Made by a program: the position numbers and the translations under genes. A stretch of DNA of 64,000 bases. It comes from Desulfovibrio sp. GTDB taxonomy: Bacteria > Desulfobacterota > Desulfovibrionia > Desulfovibrionales > Desulfovibrionaceae. The stretch covers positions 46,746 to 110,745 of the forward strand of contig JAVBQP010000034.1 in assembly GCA_031548905.1 (NCBI GenBank), in the 5' to 3' direction. Below are positions 1-9,179 of this stretch, in pieces. Position 1 is the first letter of the stretch. Each line of letters starts with the position of its first letter. The notes beneath the pieces are model-generated. The model ran no database searches, had not been told where the DNA came from, and was given only the letters and a program-made list of their open reading frames with translations.

Positions 1-99
1 GCTCACTGCCTGCACAAAATCTTCATGCGCATGGGGCAGGACAGACTCGGCCTGAGCATGGCCCAGGCGCGGCCCTGGTGGAAAAGGATCCTGCGGTGA
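1..99 (+). CDS. 3-prime fragment of an upstream gene (unknown product, possibly another tad-locus gene)
   Basis: Frame 1 is open from the window edge to TGA at 97-99 (AHCLHKIFMRMGQDRLGLSMAQARPWWKRILR*). It overlaps the tadA start, consistent with translational coupling. Too short to identify. Confidence 0.3.
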   Translation, partial: AHCLHKIFMRMGQDRLGLSMAQARPWWKRILR

Positions 100-1367
100 G
101 CTCCCGTCGCAACAGCAAAATAACCGACGAGGTCCACCAGCGGATCCGTTCGCGCATCGTCGATCAGGTGGACGCCGAGAACGCTCTGCGTATGGACCCG
201 GCAGCGCTGGAACAGACCATCGCCAAAATCATCGCCGACTCGGTCGTTTCCATGCGCCTGTTCCTGAACAGCTTCGAGCAGCGTTCCCTGGTCCGTGAAA
301 TCATCGACGACATGGTGCGCCTCGGCCCCATTCAGCCCTGTATGGACGACCCCCTGGTGAACGACGTGCTGATCAACGGCGTGGATCAGGTGCTGGTGGA
401 GCGGCGTGGCAAGCTCGAGGTCACCAAATACCGTTTTCGCGATCACAACCACCTGTTGAACCTCGCCCAACGCATCGCCGGGGCGGTGGGCCGCCGGGTG
501 GACGAATCCTCCCCCATGGTGGACGCGCGCCTGGCGGACGGCAGCCGGGTGAACATTGTGGCTCCGCCCCTGTCGCTGAACGGTATCTGCATTTCCATCC
601 GCAAATTTTCGTCGGCGGTCATGTCGCTGTCCATGTATGCGGAAAAAGGCTGCATGTCCAAAGACATGGCCGCTTTTCTGCGCCTTGCCGGCAAATGCCG
701 CCTGAATATTCTGGTTTCCGGCGGCACGGGGTCGGGCAAGACCACCCTGCTGAACGCTCTTTCCCGGCATATCGCCAGGGATGAGCGGATCATCACCATC
801 GAGGACGCGGCGGAACTCAAGCTGGACCAGCCTTTCGTCATCCGCCTGGAAACCCGCCCCCCCAGCGTTGAGGGGAAAGGCGAAGTGACCCAGCGCGATT
901 TGCTGCGCAACGCCCTGCGGATGCGGCCGGACAGAATCCTGCTCGGCGAAGTGCGCGGCGAAGAAGCCTTCGACATGTTGCAGGCCATGAACACCGGGCA
1001 CGACGGCTCGCTCTCGACCGTGCACGCCAACAGCCCGGAAGACGCCCTGCTGCGCCTGGAAAACATGCTGAACATGGGCGCGCACGCCATGCCCTCCAAC
1101 CTGGTGCGCCGCCAGCTTTCCGGCGCGTTGGATCTGCTCGTGCAGGTGGAACGCGACGTAACCGGCATGCGCCGCGTGACCCACATCAGCGAAGTGATCG
1201 GCAAAGGGGCCGACGAGGTCGCGGCCTTGCCCATTTTCCGCTTTGCCCGCACCAAGACCGGCGGGCATTATGAGCGCACCGACCACCGGCCCGGATTTAC
1301 CCGGAAGATTTTCGCGGCGGGCAAGTACGCGGAATACTGCGAGGTGATGGGCTATGAGCGGGAGTAG
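78..1367 (+). CDS. tadA: Tad/Flp pilus assembly ATPase (CpaF/TadA family, type II/IV secretion NTPase)
   Basis: 429-aa ORF with Walker A GGTGSGKTTLLNAL, the conserved RPDRILLGEVRG box and the GHDGSLSTVHAN His-box. The GTG start at 78 is uncertain because the frame stays open to the window edge. Confidence 0.9.
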   Translation: MEKDPAVSSRRNSKITDEVHQRIRSRIVDQVDAENALRMDPAALEQTIAKIIADSVVSMRLFLNSFEQRSLVREIIDDMVRLGPIQPCMDDPLVNDVLINGVDQVLVERRGKLEVTKYRFRDHNHLLNLAQRIAGAVGRRVDESSPMVDARLADGSRVNIVAPPLSLNGICISIRKFSSAVMSLSMYAEKGCMSKDMAAFLRLAGKCRLNILVSGGTGSGKTTLLNALSRHIARDERIITIEDAAELKLDQPFVIRLETRPPSVEGKGEVTQRDLLRNALRMRPDRILLGEVRGEEAFDMLQAMNTGHDGSLSTVHANSPEDALLRLENMLNMGAHAMPSNLVRRQLSGALDLLVQVERDVTGMRRVTHISEVIGKGADEVAALPIFRFARTKTGGHYERTDHRPGFTRKIFAAGKYAEYCEVMGYERE

Positions 1368-2220
1368 CGCCGTACTTTTGCTGCTGGTCCTGGGGCTTGC
1401 CGTGTTCTGCCTGGGGCTTGTGCGCGCCCATAAGCGCAAACGGCTTTTCGCCCGGCTTGAGCCCCTGCGCGTTGGGGACGCCGCGCCCCGGCGGCTTTCG
1501 CGCGTTCCCTGGCACGAGCTGCGCCACAAAGAAACCAAGGCGGCTGTCGGGGGCGTGCTGCTCTGCGTTGTCGTCTCCGTGGCCTTCGCCTTTCCGGTCT
1601 GGTCCATTGTGGTGTTGCTGCTGGGCGTTTGCCCCCTGGCTTGGTATCTGGTGCGCCGGTACCGCCTGCGGCGTTTCCGCGCCCTGTTCGCCGAGCGCTT
1701 CCCCGAGGCCGTGGACGGGTTGACGCGGGCCGTGCAGGCCGGCGTGCCGCTGGAGCGGGCCCTGGCCTCGTTGGGCGACATGTTTGAAGGCGAGGTGGGC
1801 GAGCGTTTCCGCCGGCTGGTGCAGCACATGGAACTGGGGGTTCCTTTTCGCGAGGCGCTGGCAAGTTTTTCCGAAGGGTTGCATCTCACCGATGTGGACT
1901 ATTTTTGCGCGGTGCTTGCCATCAGCCGGGAAACGGGCAGCCGGCTTTCCCCCATGTTGAGCAGTTTGGGCCAGACCCTGCGCGAGCGGCGGGCCGTTGA
2001 GCGCAAACTCCAGGCCCTTACGGCCGAATCCCGCGCCGCCGCGCGGGTTCTGTGCGTCCTGCCGTTTTTCATCGTCGGTTTGCAGGTGTTCCTGAACCCC
2101 TCGCAAATGCGCTTTTTGCTCAATGACCCGTCCGGGCGCATGGTGCTGGGGTGCTGCGCGGCCTGCATGGTGGCCGGTTTGTTGATTATTCGGCGCATGT
2201 CGCGCCTTGCCGAGGGGTAG
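1354..2220 (+). CDS. tadB: Tad pilus inner-membrane platform protein TadB (type II secretion system F family)
   Basis: 288-aa polytopic membrane ORF overlapping the tadA stop. T2SSF-like segment (FPEAVDGLTRAVQAGVPLERAL) in the operon position after tadA. Confidence 0.85.
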   Translation: MSGSSAVLLLLVLGLAVFCLGLVRAHKRKRLFARLEPLRVGDAAPRRLSRVPWHELRHKETKAAVGGVLLCVVVSVAFAFPVWSIVVLLLGVCPLAWYLVRRYRLRRFRALFAERFPEAVDGLTRAVQAGVPLERALASLGDMFEGEVGERFRRLVQHMELGVPFREALASFSEGLHLTDVDYFCAVLAISRETGSRLSPMLSSLGQTLRERRAVERKLQALTAESRAAARVLCVLPFFIVGLQVFLNPSQMRFLLNDPSGRMVLGCCAACMVAGLLIIRRMSRLAEG

Positions 2221-2223
2221 GAG

Positions 2224-3129
2224 ATGCGGGCGATCTGGTACCTGGTCTTTGCCCTGCCGGTGGTTTTTATCCTGTCTCAGGTCGTGGCCTCGCGCCTGCA
2301 GGCCGCGCGCATCCAGCGGCGGTGCGCCCGGTTCGCCGGCGATGCGGAAGATTCCGGCAAAAGCCTGGTCGATGAGGCGCAAATCTGGCTCAAGGCCTTT
2401 GCCTTGCCCCTGGCCGGCGCCAAAGAACGCGCCAGGGTGAAGGAAAAACTCCATTGGGCCGGCTTTCGCAAGTCCTGGCAGGTGGACCTCTTTTTTGTCT
2501 CCAAGCTTGTGCTTGTCGTGGTGACGGCCGTTGCGGGCTGGCTGTGGCTTGATTTGCAGATCGGCACCCTGCTGAAGAACATGTTCGACACGCTGAAGTA
2601 CCTGCTTCTGCTTTTTCTGGCTTCCCGCCTGCAGGACTGGTGGTTGACGGATCGGGTGACCAAGCGGCGGGCGAAGATCCGCGCGGGGATTCCCCAGGCT
2701 CTGGATCTGCTGACTCTGTGCGTGGAAGCCGGCGTCAGCCTTGAAGACGCCTTCGGCCGCGTCAGTGTGGAAATGGAAACGCGCTGCCCGGAAATCGCCC
2801 AGGAATTCCGGCTCACCCGCTCGGAAATGTTGGTGATCGAACGCTCGGAATCGTTGCGCCGCATGGAACGCCGCTGCGGCGTGCGAGAATTGGAAGTGCT
2901 CGCCGGCTCCCTGTTGCAATCGCTGCAATACGGCACGCCCATTGTGGAGGCCCTGCGGAACATCGCCGCCGAGAGCCGGGCCGAGCAGGTGGCGGTGCTG
3001 GAAGAAAAAGCCGGGGCCGTTGCCGCGCGGATCGGGGTGCCCCTGGTGGTGCTCATCCTGTTCCCGCTGGTGGCCCTGATCGCGGCCCCGGCGGCCATCA
3101 ACCTGATTCGGGCTTTCGGCTCAAAATGA
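2224..3129 (+). CDS. tadC: Tad pilus inner-membrane platform protein TadC (type II secretion system F family)
   Basis: 301-aa membrane ORF with a T2SSF-like segment (IPQALDLLTLCVEAGVSLEDAF). Follows tadB after a 3-nt gap. Confidence 0.85.
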   Translation: MRAIWYLVFALPVVFILSQVVASRLQAARIQRRCARFAGDAEDSGKSLVDEAQIWLKAFALPLAGAKERARVKEKLHWAGFRKSWQVDLFFVSKLVLVVVTAVAGWLWLDLQIGTLLKNMFDTLKYLLLLFLASRLQDWWLTDRVTKRRAKIRAGIPQALDLLTLCVEAGVSLEDAFGRVSVEMETRCPEIAQEFRLTRSEMLVIERSESLRRMERRCGVRELEVLAGSLLQSLQYGTPIVEALRNIAAESRAEQVAVLEEKAGAVAARIGVPLVVLILFPLVALIAAPAAINLIRAFGSK

Positions 3130-3896
3130 ACACACGAAACGACATACGCCCCAGGGAGGGTTCCATGCGTTCGCTTCTTGCCGCTCTGCTTCTGTGCCTG
3201 CTGTGCGCGGGCTGCTCCACGACCTCGTATTCCCTGCACGGAAACCCCATCTCTCTTGACGAAACGTGGGACAGCCGGTTGCGCGTCATCAAGGCCGCCG
3301 AGGCCGCGGGAACCCTGGACATGGCCCTGACGGCCGCGCGGAAGGAACTGGATGAACGGCCGGAAAACGCCGAAGCCCGCGTGATCATGGCCCGCCTGCA
3401 AACCAGAAGCGGCCGGCCGGACCAGGCCCTGGCCGTTCTGGAGCCCCTCAAGGGAGCGCCTTCGCCGGAATCACGCGTGGAAGAGGCGCGGGCGCTTCTC
3501 GCGCAGGACAGGCCCGGCGAAGCCAAGGGCATTCTGACGGCGGTGACGCAAAGCAATCCCTCGGCCGTCACCACGCGCGAGGCCAACAAGCTGGTGGCCA
3601 TCTGCACGGACCTCGAAGGCAACCACCCCTCGGCCCAGAATATGTATAAGGCCCTGCTCGCGGAACGGGACGAAGTTGGCGTGCGTTACAACCTGGGGCG
3701 CTCGCTGCTTGCCGGCAAGCAGTACGCCGAGGCCGCGGCCACGCTGATGCCTCTGGTGGACATCCAGGCCCTGCCGCAGGCCCGTCTGGCCGCAGCCGCG
3801 GCCCTGGCCAAGAGCAACCGCAAGCAGGAGGCCGCCGGGCTGTTGCAGGGGCATATGCCCCAGGAGCAAATCGACAGGCTCCTGGCGGAGTCGTGA
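3126..3896 (+). CDS. TPR-repeat lipoprotein (TadD-like)
   Basis: ATGA overlap with the tadC stop. Lipobox LLCAGC after a signal peptide, and an Ala/Leu-rich TPR-like repeat pattern. Confidence 0.7.
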   Translation: MNTRNDIRPREGSMRSLLAALLLCLLCAGCSTTSYSLHGNPISLDETWDSRLRVIKAAEAAGTLDMALTAARKELDERPENAEARVIMARLQTRSGRPDQALAVLEPLKGAPSPESRVEEARALLAQDRPGEAKGILTAVTQSNPSAVTTREANKLVAICTDLEGNHPSAQNMYKALLAERDEVGVRYNLGRSLLAGKQYAEAAATLMPLVDIQALPQARLAAAAALAKSNRKQEAAGLLQGHMPQEQIDRLLAES

Positions 3897-4360
3897 TGAA
3901 ACTGCTGCGGGACAGGAGCGGGGGCGTGACCGTGGAATTCGCCCTGGTCGTGCCCGTTTTTATTCTGGTCTTCTGCATGAGCCTGGAGGTCTTTCGTATC
4001 CAGATAGCTTCCCTGCTGCTGGAGCGCGCGGTCTCGGACATCGCCTACCAGGCGCGGGTGGCCAGGGGCGAAGGGTTTTCGCGCATCGCGCGCAGGGTGT
4101 TGCAGGAACGCAGCTATAAGATTTTTTCCCCAAGCGCGGTCAAGGTGAAGGCGCGCTATAGTGACGATTTGAGTGCTGTCGTCACCGGCGGTCTTTCCGG
4201 GGGGGGGAAGGACGGTTCCTTCGTGCATCTGGAGTTGGAGGCCAACCTGTCGCTGATGAGCGGCGTATTGCCGGAAACGTGGGAAGTGAAGCGCGTCATC
4301 CATTATTATTACAAAAATGAGCCCGGTTTCGAGTCTGGCGCCATTGATGATGAGCTATGA
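3893..4360 (+). CDS. TadE-like pseudopilin / pilus assembly protein
   Basis: N-terminal TadE signature GGVTVEFALVVPVFILVF. Overlaps the upstream stop by 4 nt. Confidence 0.8.
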   Translation: MMKLLRDRSGGVTVEFALVVPVFILVFCMSLEVFRIQIASLLLERAVSDIAYQARVARGEGFSRIARRVLQERSYKIFSPSAVKVKARYSDDLSAVVTGGLSGGGKDGSFVHLELEANLSLMSGVLPETWEVKRVIHYYYKNEPGFESGAIDDEL

Positions 4361-4968
4361 AACTGCAGCGAATTAAGGGGAGCGCGCTACTTCCCGCCCT
4401 GTTCCGTTGCGCGAAAGGCGGTGTTACGGTGGAACTTGCGCTGCTTGTTCCCATATTTTTCATGGTCATGTGGTTCGGGGCGGAAGCCTCCTACCACTTT
4501 CGCCTGGAAAACCGCCTGCATCGGGGCGCGGCCACCTTGGCGGAAATGCTGGCCGGCCTGCCGCTCGAAGAAGACCAGATGCTGCCGGAAGCCATACGCG
4601 CCAACATGCCGGTTGCTTTTCGCCTGCTGAAGAAAATGATGGTTGAGGGAGAAAACGACGGCGCCATCGGCTTGCACGTCGTGTATTACAACAGCGCCCT
4701 GGGGAGCGTGGATCCTGATACCCTTCCTCCCGATACGGTGATTTCCATGGATTTTCGCATGGGTATCAGTTGCCTGCGCGGGGCGCCGGTACCTCCCTTG
4801 TCCACGTTGGCCGGGCCCGGCGGCAGCCTGGTCACCGAGGTCAACGCCTCCAAGGCCGAGTTCGTGCGGGTGGAAGCCTGCTACAGGCCGGAAGAGCGCG
4901 ACTCGGTCTACGACCTGGCCTTCCCCAAGAATTTCTACAGTGACTTCGTAACGTTCCGTTCGTTTTAA
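4357..4968 (+). CDS. TadE/TadG-like pilus assembly protein
   Basis: N-terminal GGVTVELALLVPIFFMVMWF motif. Overlaps the previous gene by 4 nt. Confidence 0.75.
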   Translation: MKLQRIKGSALLPALFRCAKGGVTVELALLVPIFFMVMWFGAEASYHFRLENRLHRGAATLAEMLAGLPLEEDQMLPEAIRANMPVAFRLLKKMMVEGENDGAIGLHVVYYNSALGSVDPDTLPPDTVISMDFRMGISCLRGAPVPPLSTLAGPGGSLVTEVNASKAEFVRVEACYRPEERDSVYDLAFPKNFYSDFVTFRSF

Positions 4969-5069
4969 AACAACGTATCCGGCGGACTCACCGCGCTCAA
5001 GCGGCGGGGCCGACACCCCCTGGCCCGTGCCTTCCTTTCAACCGGCGCGGGCCTTGTCTTGTTCCCGGC

Positions 5070-6764
5070 TCAGTTTTCCAGTACCACGACCGCGTGCTCC
5101 ACACCGGCAAGCTCGATCTCGTTGGCGTGCGTGATCATCAGCACAGGGCGCAACTCTTTTTCCCGAGCCACCAGGGCGTAAATTTTTTCTCTGGTGCGGA
5201 TGTCCACGTTGGCGTCGATCTCGTCCAGAACGAGGATGGGCCGCCGGGTGTACAGAGCTCGGCCGAGAATGAGCCGCCTGCCTTCCCCCAGTGAGAGGTT
5301 GCCGCCGTATTCCCGCACGTCGTCGTCCGGCCCAAGACGCAGATCCAGCGCGGCCAGCAGTTCCCGACAGCGCTCGTGGTCGATGGCGGCGCCCTCGGTA
5401 GGGTAGGCGAGATTCTCGGCCACCGTGCCGGGCAGGAAGTGGGCTTCCTGGGAAGCATGGGCGAAAAACCCGCGCGCGGCGGGCAGATCCGCTCCGGAGA
5501 AACGCTGTGCTCCCAGACGGAGTTCACCGTCAAAGGTATCACCCAGCGAGAGAAGCGCCTTGACGAAACGGGTCTTCCCCACCCCGCTCCTGCCGCGCAG
5601 CACAACCAGCCCGGGCCGCTCCAGGCGGATGCGTAACGACACGCGCCGCCCCGGTTCCAGCTCGATGCCGCCGTCGATCTCCAGGGGAAAGGCGCCCTGC
5701 GCCGGCTCCGCGGGTTGCCGGCACGGTTCGGTTTCCCCGGCCAGGGAGAACACGTCGTGGACGCGCCGGAAGGAGACGATGCTCTTCTGGATCACCTGAT
5801 AGAACCGGGTCCAGTTGGTGAGCGGCGCGTAGAAGCGCTGGGTGTAGATGATCAGCACCGGAATCGCTCCTGCGTAGGCGGCGTCCGAGCCGGCCAGAAT
5901 GGCCGCGTAGGCGATGACCCCGATGGTGCCGGCGGCCCGGAGCGCGCCTTCCAGACAGAAAAACGTCCCAAGGTTCAGGCTGCTTTTTACGTTCAGGGAA
6001 TAAATCGAGCCGATCAGGCGGGAAAAGTCACGACATTCCTTTTGTTCCGCCGCGAAGACCTTCACGGTGTCCAGGCCGGAAAACACGCGCTGCACAAAGC
6101 CCGTGCAGCGGGCTTCGGTTTCCTGGGCCGTCCGGGCCAGGGCGCGTTGCCTGCGTCCGGTTTTTTTGCCCAGCACGTAGAGAATCGGGAGCGTCGAGAG
6201 CAGAATGCAGAGCATCTTCCAGTCCAGCAGCAGAATGAACAGCGAGACGCAGAGCAGATCGAAGACATCCGAGCAGAGCACGTACAGCGGCGGCCCGACA
6301 AGATACTCCAATTGTTTGGTGTCGTTCATGACCCTGTGCACGATGTCGCCGGATTCCCACTTCCCGGACTTGATGTCCTTCGCCCGGACGACCGTTTCCA
6401 GTGCCTTGGCGCGGGCGTGGGCGATGAACTTGTCGGCGCAGACGGACACATACACGACAAACAGGTTGCGCGCCACAACGGCCAGGCAGGAAAACACAAA
6501 AAACAGCAGGCAGAAGACAAGGATCGGGGAACTCGGAACAAGCCGGGTGGCCGCTTCCAGGGCCGGTTCCAGCAGGCCGATGGGTGAGTATGTCGGAGCG
6601 CCGCCTTCCTTCCCGCCGCCGGCCGCGACGTTGACCACGGCTCCCAGAAAGTGCGGCGGCAGCGCCGCGAGCAGGGAGGAGATGATGGCCAGAACGGCCA
6701 TGCGGCCCAACGCGGCGCGGTTGACCCCGCTTGCGAGCACCAGCCGGTACAGCGCGTTGATCAT
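5070..6764 (-). CDS. ABC transporter, fused permease/ATP-binding half-transporter (exporter architecture)
   Basis: 564 aa with an N-terminal six-TM-type domain. Walker A GRSGVGKT, signature-like LSLGEGRRL, Walker B ILVLDE. The start overlaps the tonB stop (ATGA). Confidence 0.85.
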   Translation of the reverse strand: MINALYRLVLASGVNRAALGRMAVLAIISSLLAALPPHFLGAVVNVAAGGGKEGGAPTYSPIGLLEPALEAATRLVPSSPILVFCLLFFVFSCLAVVARNLFVVYVSVCADKFIAHARAKALETVVRAKDIKSGKWESGDIVHRVMNDTKQLEYLVGPPLYVLCSDVFDLLCVSLFILLLDWKMLCILLSTLPILYVLGKKTGRRQRALARTAQETEARCTGFVQRVFSGLDTVKVFAAEQKECRDFSRLIGSIYSLNVKSSLNLGTFFCLEGALRAAGTIGVIAYAAILAGSDAAYAGAIPVLIIYTQRFYAPLTNWTRFYQVIQKSIVSFRRVHDVFSLAGETEPCRQPAEPAQGAFPLEIDGGIELEPGRRVSLRIRLERPGLVVLRGRSGVGKTRFVKALLSLGDTFDGELRLGAQRFSGADLPAARGFFAHASQEAHFLPGTVAENLAYPTEGAAIDHERCRELLAALDLRLGPDDDVREYGGNLSLGEGRRLILGRALYTRRPILVLDEIDANVDIRTREKIYALVAREKELRPVLMITHANEIELAGVEHAVVVLEN

Positions 6765-7468
6765 GAATTCTTCAGGCTGTAGCGGATGGGAATGTTCAGG
6801 GTCGTGGCCTCGGGCATGGGCATGGGCTTCCAGTCCTCCTGCACGCGTTGCAGGGTTTCGCGCGTGGCCTTTTCCAGCACCGTGTGGGCCTGGCCTTCCC
6901 TGGTGCGCACCGAAATGATCCGCCCTTGAACGTCCACCCGCACTTCCACCTGGACCACGCCCTCAAGTCCCAGGCGGCGTGCCGCCGGGGGGTAGCGCTT
7001 TTCCCGCTCGATGCGGGCGATCAGGGCCGAGAGCAGGGTTTGCCGGGCTTCGGCCGTGGCGGCCGAGGCATGGGGCGTGCCTGTTCCCGCGCTTGTGGAG
7101 CTCGGGGAGGTCCGCGCGGCTGAGGGTGCGGCCGGCTCGGCCCGGCGCGGTTTGGGCGGGGTCTGTTTGCGCGGGCGCTCCACAGGTTTTTCCACGACCT
7201 TCTCGACTGCCGGCGTCGGTTCCGGCGGCGGTGGGGGTGTTTCTTCCCGAGGGGGAGAAGGCGGCTCTTCCGGCGCGGCCGGGGCGGGGGCGCTCTGCGG
7301 GCCGGGGCTCGGGTCGGACAAGGTGATGACCACGGCTTCCACCGGCGGCGGCAAGGGGGTCGGCAGGGCCTGGGACACGCCGACCAGCAGGAAGGCCGCG
7401 ATGCCCCCATGCACCAGCAGGGCGCCGAGAAAGCCCAGCCGTCTACTGATTCGCGCCGGCGCGGTCAT
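6761..7468 (-). CDS. tonB: TonB family energy transducer
   Basis: N-terminal anchor, a Pro-rich spacer (EEPPSPPREETPPPPPEP) and a TonB C-terminal domain (LEGVVQVEVRVDVQGRI). GGAGG Shine-Dalgarno upstream of ATG 7468. Confidence 0.85.
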   Translation of the reverse strand: MTAPARISRRLGFLGALLVHGGIAAFLLVGVSQALPTPLPPPVEAVVITLSDPSPGPQSAPAPAAPEEPPSPPREETPPPPPEPTPAVEKVVEKPVERPRKQTPPKPRRAEPAAPSAARTSPSSTSAGTGTPHASAATAEARQTLLSALIARIEREKRYPPAARRLGLEGVVQVEVRVDVQGRIISVRTREGQAHTVLEKATRETLQRVQEDWKPMPMPEATTLNIPIRYSLKNS

Positions 7469-7889
7469 GATTCGCCTCCTCCCGGGAACGCTCGGGAGCC
7501 GTGGTGTTGATCACGAAATTTGTCATGCCCCTGGCCTTGGCGGCATCCAGCACCTGCACGAACATGCCGAAGGGCGCGCCCCTGTCCACGTTGAAGAGCA
7601 GGGGCGTGTCCCCGGCCAGGGGAGCCAGGCGGGCCGCGATTTCTTCCGCCGTTACCGGCACGTCGTCGAACAGGATGCGGCCGTCCGTGGTGATGGTCAC
7701 GGTCAGCTTTTCCTTGGCCGTTTCCTTGACCGTGGCGCTCTCCGCCTTGGCCAGGGCCACTTCCAGCACGGGTTTGGAAAACGTGGTGGCCATGATGAAA
7801 AAGATCAGGAGCATGAACACCGCGTCGATCAGCGGGGTCAGATCCAAAGAGGCGTCGATGTCGTCTTCGAAAGACAGGGAACCGTTCAT
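7443..7889 (-). CDS. exbD: ExbD/TolR biopolymer transport protein
   Basis: Internal ATG at 7889 gives MNGSLSFEDDIDASLDLTPLIDAVFMLLIFFI, the typical ExbD N-terminus. The longer track ORF adds an Arg/Pro-rich extension. Confidence 0.9.
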   Translation of the reverse strand: MNGSLSFEDDIDASLDLTPLIDAVFMLLIFFIMATTFSKPVLEVALAKAESATVKETAKEKLTVTITTDGRILFDDVPVTAEEIAARLAPLAGDTPLLFNVDRGAPFGMFVQVLDAAKARGMTNFVINTTAPERSREEANHDRAGANQ

Positions 7890-7902
7890 GTCGGCCTCCG
7901 GC

Positions 7903-8595
7903 TTATGACGCCGCGCCGTGCGGCGGGGTATGGGCTGCCTCCGGCCGGGGAGCGGGCCCGGCGGCCTCACGCAGGTCCGCCGCGTGGGGGCAGTTGCGTT
8001 GGAAGCGTTCCACGGCCCGGTAGCTGTGCTCGATGGCCTCGATATGGAATCCCTTCATCTTCAGGCTCAGGCAGTAAAAGACGATCAGAATGGGGATGGC
8101 CACGGAAAGGCCCATGATAGTGGTCAGCAGGGCTTCCCAGATACCGCCGGCCAACACGGAGGCGTTGGCGCTCCCGGGGCCGCCGGCCAACTCGCGGAAG
8201 ACGTTGACCATGCCGAGCATGGTGCCCATCAGGCCGAGCAGGGGCGAGATGACCGAGATGAGCTTGAGCCAGGTGATATCGCGGTTGATGCGCTCGAAGT
8301 TGCGGTGGAACAGATAGGCCACCTCGGCGCGGATATCGTTGGAGTGCATGGCGTGGGCGCCCACAACCTCGGCGATGATCCCGATCAGCGGGTTGCCCGG
8401 CGTGTGCAGTTCCTCGGAATAGGGCTTCTCGCCGGACTCGATGAGCGCGAACCGTTTGCGGAAGTCCCTGCCGATCAGACTCATCAGGACGAGGTTCTTT
8501 ACGGCCAGATACACCCCGGCGAAGGAAATGAAGACCAGGGCCACGCCGGCCGGGCCGATCCGGCGATAGATGTCGGCAAGATATTGTGTGTCCAT
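7903..8595 (-). CDS. exbB: MotA/TolQ/ExbB proton channel protein
   Basis: ATG at 8595 gives a 230-aa, 3-TM protein with the LISVISPLLGLMGTMLGM ExbB motif. The 454-aa track ORF is an upstream read-through. Confidence 0.9.
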   Translation of the reverse strand: MDTQYLADIYRRIGPAGVALVFISFAGVYLAVKNLVLMSLIGRDFRKRFALIESGEKPYSEELHTPGNPLIGIIAEVVGAHAMHSNDIRAEVAYLFHRNFERINRDITWLKLISVISPLLGLMGTMLGMVNVFRELAGGPGSANASVLAGGIWEALLTTIMGLSVAIPILIVFYCLSLKMKGFHIEAIEHSYRAVERFQRNCPHAADLREAAGPAPRPEAAHTPPHGAAS

Positions 8596-8621
8596 AAACT
8601 GGTTCCGGTGGTTGACTGTGT

Positions 8622-8750
8622 GGGGAGTCGCTCCGTTTGCCCTAAGATACGGAAGGGGAAGTTTTGTGCGATGGGGCTGGGCTTCTTGGCCCTGCCCCGG
8701 AGCACAAAACGAGCCTGAACACAGTATTAGGGCAAACGGAGCGACTCCCC
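8622..8750. repeat. 129-bp nested imperfect palindrome (intergenic repeat element, copy A)
   Basis: Outer 24-bp perfect inverted repeat GGGGAGTCGCTCCGTTTGCCCTAA (8622-8645) / TTAGGGCAAACGGAGCGACTCCCC (8727-8750). Inner inverted repeat GTTTTGTGC/GCACAAAAC. Core hairpin at 8673-8698. Confidence 0.8.
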
Positions 8751-9179
8751 TTTGGGTCCGCTGCAGCGGCCGGTGACCTCTTCCACCCGCACGCGGAACA
8801 GGGGCGTGCGTTCCTGACACCGGGCGAAGGTCTCCGCCGCGCGGGAATAGTCCGTGCCCATCACTTCGCCGAGCAGACGCCAGCCTTCGCGCAGGGCGGC
8901 CTCGTCTTTGAGGAAGTCGCCCCGGCCGAAGCAGGAAACCCCGGCCCAGAAGGAAAGATCCGCGGCGGCCAGGGTGTACTTGAGCAGCACCCGGTCGCTG
9001 TGTTGCAGGTTCGTCCAGGTGCCGCCGCGCGGGTTGATCATGAAGCAGATATACTCGTCCATCGTGAACGGCGTGGCCTCCACGGCATAGGGCAGGCCGG
9101 CGGCCGTCACGGTGCAGATCGTGGCCCAGTTGCAGCGCCCCATGAGGGCCGTCGCTTCTTCCCCGGTCAGTTCGCGCAT
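8727..9179 (-). CDS. Pyridoxamine 5-prime-phosphate oxidase family (FMN-binding split-barrel) protein
   Basis: MRELTGEEATALMGRCNWATICTV..GLPYAVEATPF pattern of the PNPOx/Nim-like family. ATG at 9179 preferred over GTG at 9191. The last 8 codons and the stop lie inside the palindrome arm. Confidence 0.75.
   Translation of the reverse strand: MRELTGEEATALMGRCNWATICTVTAAGLPYAVEATPFTMDEYICFMINPRGGTWTNLQHSDRVLLKYTLAAADLSFWAGVSCFGRGDFLKDEAALREGWRLLGEVMGTDYSRAAETFARCQERTPLFRVRVEEVTGRCSGPKGESLRLP

Noticed and set aside
3-1889. 628-aa minus-strand ORF at the left edge of the window.
   Set aside because: It is antisense to the clearly homologous tadA/tadB genes. Its product is Arg/Ala/Pro/Gly-rich low complexity, typical of shadow ORFs in high-GC DNA.
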